This document shows positions 57,241-64,000 of a stretch of 64,000 nucleotides of DNA, piece by piece. This stretch comes from Methanocaldococcus sp. 28A (GTDB lineage: Archaea > AGJL01 > Methanococci > Methanococcales > Methanocaldococcaceae). The stretch is taken from NCBI GenBank assembly GCA_049852185.1, contig CP187540.1; one strand, written 5' to 3'. Within the stretch, counting starts at the first letter, position 1. Each line of letters begins with the position of its first letter. A program made the position numbers and the translations under genes. Below the pieces are notes generated by a model. The model made no database searches, was not told where the DNA came from, and was given only the letters and a program-made list of their open reading frames with translations.

Positions 57241-57915
57241 ATGCAACTTAGAGTATCTTCAGGCAAAATATTGAATGAAAAAGTCCATAAAGTAGGGATT
57301 ATAGCATTAGGCTCTTTTTTAGAAAATCATGGGGCTGTTTTACCAATAGATACTGATATAAAGATAGCCTCATACATTGCTTTAAAAGCGTCTATTTTAA
57401 CTGGAGCTAAGTTTTTAGGAGTTGTTATTCCATCAACTGAATATGAGTATGTTAAACATGGAATACACAACAAACCTGAAGAAGTTTATAGATATTTAAG
57501 ATTTTTGATAAATGAGGGTAAAAAAATTGGTGTAGAGAAGTTTTTAATAGTTAATTGTCATGGAGGAAACATATTAGTTGAAAGTTTTTTAAAAGATTTA
57601 GAATATGAGTTTGATGTAAAAGTAGAGATGATAAATATAACATTTACACATGCTTCAACAGAGGAGGTTTCTGTTGGCTATATAATTGGCATAGCAGATA
57701 TTGATAGATTAGAAGAACACAACAATTTTAAAAAATATCCTGAGGTAGGAATGGTTGGATTAAAAGAAGCAAGAGATAAAAATAAAGCAATAGATGAAGA
57801 GGCAAAAATTGTTGAAAAATTTGGAGTTATGTTAGATAAAAAACTTGGAAAAGAAATATTAGATAATGCAATAGAAAAGGTTGTTGGTAAAGTGAAAGAA
57901 CTATTAATGGAATAG
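57241..57915 (+). CDS. arfB: FAPy deformylase (creatininase family, MJ0116-like)
   Basis: [29 protein letters not shown]. Confidence 0.88.
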   Translation: MQLRVSSGKILNEKVHKVGIIALGSFLENHGAVLPIDTDIKIASYIALKASILTGAKFLGVVIPSTEYEYVKHGIHNKPEEVYRYLRFLINEGKKIGVEKFLIVNCHGGNILVESFLKDLEYEFDVKVEMINITFTHASTEEVSVGYIIGIADIDRLEEHNNFKKYPEVGMVGLKEARDKNKAIDEEAKIVEKFGVMLDKKLGKEILDNAIEKVVGKVKELLME

Positions 57916-57924
57916 GTGATATTC

Positions 57925-58452
57925 ATGGATAAAAAATCTAAATTAATAAAATTACTTAAGGACGTAGGATGTATAAAATTTGGAGAATTTATTTTAGCTT
58001 CTGGTAAAAAAAGCAACTACTATATTGATATAAAGAAAGCTACAACAAATCCGGAGATTTTAAAGTTAATTGGGGAAATTATTGCTGAGAAAATAAAAGA
58101 TGAAGATGTGAAAGTTGCTGGTGTTGAGCTTGGCTCAGTCCCTATAGCTACAGCTGTCTCAATTATTGCTCAAAAGCCATTATTAATTGTTAGAAAAAAA
58201 CCAAAAGATTATGGAACTAAAAATAAAATAGAAGGTGAATTAAAAGAAGGAGATAGAGTTATTATTGTAGAAGATGTTACAACAACTGGAGGTAGTGTGT
58301 TGAAAGCAGTTAAAGAGATTAGGGAGAATGGAGGAATTGTAGACAAAGTTTTTGTAGTTGTGGATAGGTTAGAAGGAGCTAAGGAAAACTTACAAAAAGA
58401 GAATGTTGAATTAATTCCATTAGTTACTGTAGAAGAATTACAATCCACTTAA
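57925..58452 (+). CDS. pyrE: Orotate phosphoribosyltransferase
   Basis: [25 protein letters not shown]. Confidence 0.96.
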   Translation: MDKKSKLIKLLKDVGCIKFGEFILASGKKSNYYIDIKKATTNPEILKLIGEIIAEKIKDEDVKVAGVELGSVPIATAVSIIAQKPLLIVRKKPKDYGTKNKIEGELKEGDRVIIVEDVTTTGGSVLKAVKEIRENGGIVDKVFVVVDRLEGAKENLQKENVELIPLVTVEELQST

Positions 58453-59898
58453 TAAATCCAAAAACTTTTTAGTTTTTTCTTTTTTAACTTTACCAAACTT
58501 CTCTAACTTGCTGACATCTATATTTTTATCCTTCAAAATTTCTTTTATTGGCTCTATGAGAGCAATTTTTTTCAATAAATCTTCAATCTCTTTCTTTTTA
58601 AAGTTAAATTTCTTTACAGTTTCCCAATCATGAACTAAATATAAAGCAACTCCACCAATATTCTTTAAAGGAATCTGATATTTTGGAAGCTCTTCCTCTA
58701 ATTTAAATTTTAAATCTAAGACATTTATGCAATCAACTCCATCAACTTTCATCCAAGATAAAAATCCTTTTTGTGGAGTTATCATAATAGATGGAAATAA
58801 ATTGCTCCTTGCCCTCTCATCTGGTGTTTTGTAGAGATAAAATTTAAACACATCTTCAGAGAATTTTTTTATTAAAATATCCTTTGATATTTCCTTGGAT
58901 AACTCATTTTTAATTTTAATAGCTTTTTTTAATAGTTCAATTGGTTCTCCATCTTTATATAATCCTTCTTTTTCTAATATTTCTTTAAGTTCAAGTTCTT
59001 TCAATTTTTTTTCTTCCATACATCTAATATCTAAAACTCCACCACTAATATCCTCTTCTTTTCTAAATAATAAACAGAGTTCTAAATATTTATTTAAGAG
59101 TTTTTTCTCTTCTTCATTAAGCAATTTATTAATCTTTTCATTTATCTTATTTTCGATTTCATCTTTGTAAGTGTTAAGATAGCCAATAGCTAAAACTCTT
59201 CTAACATATTGGTCGTCTATAATTTTATTCTTTGAAAAATTCCTTTTTATTGAGGTTATTATAGCATTTCCAAACTTTTCTTTAATATATTTCTCATAAT
59301 TTTTATCTTCAACTCTAACCCTCTTAAATTCTCTCTTTCCTTTATCAATAACTATAAGTGATATAGTATAAGATGTTAAAATTCCCCTACCCTTTGGCTC
59401 TAAGATGTCTAAAAACTCTTTATAGGTTGTGACTAAATAAGGTGGGAATTCAAACAATATCTTTTTGTATGAACCATCTAAGGGCAGATTTGGAGGCAAG
59501 TTTATATTACCAATATCTTCAGTTAAGTGAGCTAAAGCAATTTTATGGGCAACTAAGGCATGTCTAACTCTTTCTAATATTCCTTTTTTTTCACTTGCTA
59601 TTCTCCTTAAATATGTGCTGTAGCTTGCTATCTCTTGTAATCCTTCACTATCATATCCACCTTTTAACTTTCCAACATTCTTATATGGAGAATCAAATTC
59701 TAAAAACTCCATCTTTGATTTTAAATCTTGCAAAATCTCTAAGTTTTTTTCTAAGGTTGATATAATATTGGATAATTCAGTTTTATGAATAGTTTTATTT
59801 TTTATTTTTTCAGCTACTTCTTTTAATTTAATGTTAATCCCATTTAAAGAATCCAAAAATTCATTGGCATTTTTTATTAAATTACTTGTATTTTCCAT
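58438..59898 (-). CDS. DUF530-like conserved archaeal protein
   Basis: [32 protein letters not shown]. Confidence 0.75.
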   Translation of the reverse strand: MENTSNLIKNANEFLDSLNGINIKLKEVAEKIKNKTIHKTELSNIISTLEKNLEILQDLKSKMEFLEFDSPYKNVGKLKGGYDSEGLQEIASYSTYLRRIASEKKGILERVRHALVAHKIALAHLTEDIGNINLPPNLPLDGSYKKILFEFPPYLVTTYKEFLDILEPKGRGILTSYTISLIVIDKGKREFKRVRVEDKNYEKYIKEKFGNAIITSIKRNFSKNKIIDDQYVRRVLAIGYLNTYKDEIENKINEKINKLLNEEEKKLLNKYLELCLLFRKEEDISGGVLDIRCMEEKKLKELELKEILEKEGLYKDGEPIELLKKAIKIKNELSKEISKDILIKKFSEDVFKFYLYKTPDERARSNLFPSIMITPQKGFLSWMKVDGVDCINVLDLKFKLEEELPKYQIPLKNIGGVALYLVHDWETVKKFNFKKKEIEDLLKKIALIEPIKEILKDKNIDVSKLEKFGKVKKEKTKKFLDLLSGL

Positions 59899-61210
59899 AA
59901 TCCCTCAACTCAATGATTTCTCCTTTTCTCGGATTAACATATTTTGGAATTGAGATATTCTGTAAATTTCCATTAACAATATCTTTAAATAAATCAATAA
60001 TATGTGGATATTTTCTCTCTGCATAAGCAAATAATTTGCAATCCTTAATAAAAACTTTATCATACTTTTTTAGAAAGCTCTCAACTCTCTCCTTCTTAAA
60101 TATTTGAGGTCCTTCTCTCAAAGTAATTTTTGGTAATTCATGCACTAAAAATTCCCAATATAGATAACAATAATTATCATCTGCAAAACACTTGCTACTT
60201 AAAATTACAAATTCATTTTTGACAATAGCTTTATTTATACTTTTTTGAAGCTTTTCCATTTGTGGGTAGAGAATGTCATCAACTACATCTTCCCTTGGAA
60301 TTTTTAATATCAACCTATATCCATGCTCCCTATCTTCCAAAATTTTCTCCATTTTTTTAGCATAATCTCTAAAAAACTCTATAGATGGATTTTTTAAAAA
60401 TTCTCTTGAATAAAATATAAATTTGCAGAAATTATTCTTGCTTAGAGGAGAGGCAACATTTCTATTTAAATCTACAGGGTCATAAACAATAAATGGCTCA
60501 TCAAATTCCTTAAGGTTTTTAATATCAACATCTTTATAAATTTCAAAGATATCCTTTAAAATTATTTTCTTCCCAATCTTCCAATTCTGAGCATCTTCTA
60601 TAAGGTTTATAAATGAGCCATAGTGTAAAATCAACAACTCACACAAATAACCAGAAAATCCTTTAGTTTTAACATCTGAGCCATATAAATTTAAACTTTT
60701 TAAAAATGCCTTTAGCAACCTAACTTCATCACATAATTTTTCATTTAATCTATCTTTTAAAAATTTGTGATGCAAAGGAGTTCTATCAACGGCAGAGATT
60801 ATTTTTTCTCCAAAATCTATCTTATAGCATGGAACTATATCAACCTCATAATCACCTACTTTACCATTAACATAGGGATGAGATGCATAATTTATATTGT
60901 AAATTCCATTTAGTCTCTTTATAGCCTCAATCCCTATCTTTAATCCAATCTCTTCCAATTCATCTTCAGAAGTTGATTTATCAAACAATACAAAAATATC
61001 TATATCGTAATCATCCTTTAAATTAGTATTTCTTGCTGAAGAACCTACCAACAAGACCTCTAAAACTGGATAATTGTTTTCTTTAACTATTTCCCATATT
61101 TTATTAATTATCTCATTTGCTTTATTTTGTAATTTTTTCATATCTTCATTTGATGGTTTTATTTCTTTTAAAATCTCTTTTAATATATTTTCTATCAAAA
61201 TAATCACCAA
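59882..61210 (-). CDS. cca: Class I CCA-adding enzyme
   Basis: VGSSARNTNL...DIDIF, YASHPY, SAVDRTPLH, GFSGYLCELL. Confidence 0.95.
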   Translation of the reverse strand: MVIILIENILKEILKEIKPSNEDMKKLQNKANEIINKIWEIVKENNYPVLEVLLVGSSARNTNLKDDYDIDIFVLFDKSTSEDELEEIGLKIGIEAIKRLNGIYNINYASHPYVNGKVGDYEVDIVPCYKIDFGEKIISAVDRTPLHHKFLKDRLNEKLCDEVRLLKAFLKSLNLYGSDVKTKGFSGYLCELLILHYGSFINLIEDAQNWKIGKKIILKDIFEIYKDVDIKNLKEFDEPFIVYDPVDLNRNVASPLSKNNFCKFIFYSREFLKNPSIEFFRDYAKKMEKILEDREHGYRLILKIPREDVVDDILYPQMEKLQKSINKAIVKNEFVILSSKCFADDNYCYLYWEFLVHELPKITLREGPQIFKKERVESFLKKYDKVFIKDCKLFAYAERKYPHIIDLFKDIVNGNLQNISIPKYVNPRKGEIIELRDYGKYK

Positions 61211-61224
61211 TTAAACTTTTAATG

Positions 61225-61319
61225 ATTAGGACTTTCGCAGGAATAAAATTTCTATTGAATATAGACACCTAAAGGTGTCAAAGTTCCAAATTTAATATAT
61301 AAACTGCGAAAGTCCTAAT
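61225..61319. repeat. MITE-like family A copy overlapping the aglH 3' end
   Basis: attaggactttcgcag ... ctgcgaaagtcctaat; central gacacctaaaggtgtc. Confidence 0.9.
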
Positions 61320-62188
61320 GATATTAAAATCCCAATAATTCCAAAAAATATTCCAATAATCCACAAAACTGCAACTAATTGATACTCTTTCATTGGTTTG
61401 TATTTCAATATCAACCTTGGTAGAGAGAGATAGCCTCCAATGTAATATAGCTTTCCATCCTCTCCAAGAGTTGTTGGCTTATGCTCATCTCTACTCATAA
61501 CTCCAGCACTTAAATATTTTAGAGTAGCATCTATTAGATAAGGTAACATTATAATCAAAAATGGAATATACTCTTTATATATAACTGCTAAAACTGCTAA
61601 GAAAGCTCCTATAGGTAGAGTTCCTACATCTCCAGGAAATAATTTCGCTGGATATTTATTAAAGATTAATAAACCAAAATATGAAGCAGAAAATATCAAC
61701 GCTGATAAAAATCCAACTGTGTAATTATCTAAAAACAAAACAACAGCCAATGATATAGAGGCAATAATTCCCATTCCTATTTCTAATCCATTAAATCCAG
61801 CCAACATATTTGTTAAATTTGAGAAAATCATTATTCCCAATGCGATAAATAAAATTTCTATTAAATTAATATTAAAATTATTATAAAAAATAAATCCTAT
61901 AATTAATCCAGAAATAAACAATAAAGCTAACTTCTCTTTTGGTGAAAGCTTGACTATATCATCTATAACTCCAATAAGTCCAGCAACAATTATTGGCAGA
62001 ACAAAAATTGGATTTATAAATGGAATAAATAAAACATTAGAAAACAATACTGCTAAACCCCCCATCTCTGGAACTTTAACTTTTTCTTTTTTATGCAAAT
62101 CGTAGCCAAATTTATAATTAACCATCTTTTTCATTAAAAAATAACATAGTACTGCAGAAAAAATAAAAGAACATACTGGCAAAATCAT
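61292..62188 (-). CDS. aglH: UDP-GlcNAc:dolichol-phosphate GlcNAc-1-P transferase (MraY/GPT family)
   Basis: VPEMGG, GVIDD, NMLAGFNGLE, LFPGDVGT; multiple TM helices. Confidence 0.85.
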   Translation of the reverse strand: MILPVCSFIFSAVLCYFLMKKMVNYKFGYDLHKKEKVKVPEMGGLAVLFSNVLFIPFINPIFVLPIIVAGLIGVIDDIVKLSPKEKLALLFISGLIIGFIFYNNFNINLIEILFIALGIMIFSNLTNMLAGFNGLEIGMGIIASISLAVVLFLDNYTVGFLSALIFSASYFGLLIFNKYPAKLFPGDVGTLPIGAFLAVLAVIYKEYIPFLIIMLPYLIDATLKYLSAGVMSRDEHKPTTLGEDGKLYYIGGYLSLPRLILKYKPMKEYQLVAVLWIIGIFFGIIGILISLGLSQFIY

Positions 62189-62243
62189 ATTATCCCCTCA
62201 ATTATAAGTTGTGTGCAAAAATATCATTAGCCAAATTTATTTT

Positions 62244-63770
62244 TTAAAATTCACTAACAATCTTTTTCTTTAACATATCTAAAAACTCATTAATCCTCTT
62301 TTTTGAAAATCCATATTTCTTAGCAACCTTGTAAATCATCTTCTCTCCCCCACTTCCATATTGAGCGGCTTTTTTTGGTCTGAATGCAATATAATCCGGT
62401 AAATATTTTGCAGCTACATCTCTCAAAATCTTCTTTCTAAGTTCAGATATTTTGTAATCTGTAGGAATTGATAATGCTATCTCAACTACTTCCTCATCTA
62501 AGAAAGGAACTCTCAACTCTACACCATTAGCCATCGTGCAGTGGTCATCTCTCTCTAAATTCACTTTATATAAATTATTTACATCTTTTAGTAACTCTTT
62601 TTTTAACTCTTCCTCTCCTTTTTCTTTATAAATCCTTTCATGCCTTGCATAGCCACCAAATAATTCATCAGCTCCTTGTCCAGATAAAACAACCTTTAAA
62701 CCATCTTCATTAGCCATCTCAGAAGCTACATAAATTGGGATTCCGACACCTATTTTCATTAAATCAACTTCATCTATTGCTTTGGCAACTCTAAATACAT
62801 ATTTCTCATATTCTTCTTCTGAAATAATCTTCTTTCTCAGATTTAGATTTAAATCTTTAGCCAATCTTTCAGCATAAATTAAATCTTCACTATTTTCAGT
62901 TCCAACAGCATATAAAACAACTTCGCAATATTGAGAAGCTAATTTTGCAATTAATGAGCTATCAACTCCACCAGAGCATATAATTCCTACTCTATCCAAT
63001 TCCCTAACTCTTTTTAAAACAGCCTTTTTTAATGCTTTATCTAAATATTCTTTAGCTTTTTCATAATTTCTCTCTTTTATATAATTTAACTCTATCTTTT
63101 TAAAGTTCTCAATAATGTCAAACTTATTATCATCCAAATAATAAATTAGCTGTGAATTTGGTTTTAATGTTTTAATTTTACTATTTAATTTATTTAAATC
63201 TTTTTCACAGCCATCAATATTTATTAATAAATGCCACAATGCCTTTCTCTCTGAAGCAAATGCAAAATAATTTGGCGTATCTAAATAAAATAATGGCTTA
63301 ACTCCAAATATATCCCTTGCTAATAAAACTATATTATTTGATTTGTCATATATGGCATAGGCATAATCACCATCTAACTCTTCCAACATTCCTTCTTCAT
63401 ATAAGTGAATTATGACTTCATTATCGCTATCTGTCCTAAATTCATGATATTTTTTTAAATATTCAGTTAATTCAACGTAGTTGTAAATTTCTCCATTACA
63501 AACTAACCAAATAGTTTCATCTTCGTTGGGTATAGGTTGAACTCCATACCTTCCAACAATTGCCAATCTGTTGTGTGCTAAGTTTAAATTTCCAATCATC
63601 TCATCTTTTAAATCCTCAACATCTTCAAAATCTTTAAAGTAAATTACTTCATCATCTAACAACAGCCCAGAGGAATCTCTCCCCCTATGCTTTAAAATTT
63701 TCATCATATCTATTGCATATTTTGCAGAAATTTGACATTCTTTAACAATTATCCCACTTATTGAACACAT
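62244..63770 (-). CDS. asnB: Asparagine synthetase B (glutamine-hydrolysing)
   Basis: Ntn MCSISG start, HRGRD, NGEIYN, SGGVDSS, SGQGADELFGGY. Confidence 0.93.
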   Translation of the reverse strand: MCSISGIIVKECQISAKYAIDMMKILKHRGRDSSGLLLDDEVIYFKDFEDVEDLKDEMIGNLNLAHNRLAIVGRYGVQPIPNEDETIWLVCNGEIYNYVELTEYLKKYHEFRTDSDNEVIIHLYEEGMLEELDGDYAYAIYDKSNNIVLLARDIFGVKPLFYLDTPNYFAFASERKALWHLLINIDGCEKDLNKLNSKIKTLKPNSQLIYYLDDNKFDIIENFKKIELNYIKERNYEKAKEYLDKALKKAVLKRVRELDRVGIICSGGVDSSLIAKLASQYCEVVLYAVGTENSEDLIYAERLAKDLNLNLRKKIISEEEYEKYVFRVAKAIDEVDLMKIGVGIPIYVASEMANEDGLKVVLSGQGADELFGGYARHERIYKEKGEEELKKELLKDVNNLYKVNLERDDHCTMANGVELRVPFLDEEVVEIALSIPTDYKISELRKKILRDVAAKYLPDYIAFRPKKAAQYGSGGEKMIYKVAKKYGFSKKRINEFLDMLKKKIVSEF

Positions 63771-63797
63771 ATCTCTCACATTTTTGAATATACTATT

Positions 63798-63884
63798 TAT
63801 AGTTGTGTGCAAATAAAATAAACTTTTATAATGACAATTACTAATTCCTTAATTTTAATTAAGATAGTTTTGCACACAACTATA
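63798..63884. repeat. MITE-like family B copy (central hairpin absent)
   Basis: tatagttgtgtgcaaa ... tttgcacacaactata. Confidence 0.8.
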
Positions 63885-63936
63885 TTTATAACCTCTAAAA
63901 AATATTTATGGATAATTAATTTTGAGAGGTTTTAAG

Positions 63937-64000
63937 ATGGACGCTTTAATTATGGCTGGTGGCAAAGGTAGTAGAATGGGATATGTGGAAAAGCCATTAG
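63937..64000 (+). CDS. cobY: Adenosylcobinamide-phosphate guanylyltransferase (partial, runs off window)
   Basis: MDALIMAGGKGSRMG..EKPL nucleotidyltransferase start; follows asnB as in M. jannaschii. Confidence 0.75.
   Translation, partial: MDALIMAGGKGSRMGYVEKPL

Noticed and set aside
62244-63812. ORF-track start of asnB at 63812
   Set aside because: It lies in a family B TIR; Ntn amidotransferases need Cys at position 2, giving start 63770

Overview
AT-rich chromosomal window from a hyperthermophilic Methanococcales archaeon; gene content and order closely resemble Methanocaldococcus jannaschii. The core carries mcrBDCGA and mtrEDCBAFGH with mmp10 and mfnF, the HMG-CoA synthase/thiolase/DUF35 cluster, ilvC, dadD, pstK, cobN, tal, serC, hisC, pfdA, tRNA-Val(TAC), HARP, ileS, trm1, pssA, eIF2-alpha/nop10, arfB, pyrE, cca, aglH, asnB and the start of cobY. 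The most interesting points are four. (1) A cluster at the left end encodes Cys (not Sec) versions of HdrA and FwdB, a 124-aa unknown ORF, a half-length FdhA lacking the catalytic motif, and an intact F420-binding FdhB. It is a candidate selenium- and nickel-sparing Elp-like Hdr/Fwd electron-bifurcation module in an organism that keeps PSTK. (2) A GC-rich RNA with two K-turns at about 52995-53118 has box H/ACA architecture and a plausible 23S rRNA target. (3) A lone EVE-like/PD-(D/E)xK nuclease lies between nop10 and arfB. (4) A 36-bp duplication suggests mtrF is a collapsed mtrA-mtrF fusion. The mobilome includes two intact IS6 copies, IS6/IS481/ISH3 relics and three MITE-like families, some nested and some supplying gene ends. 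No CRISPR array was seen. Functional calls and MJ locus numbers come from motif recognition and recall, not database searches.
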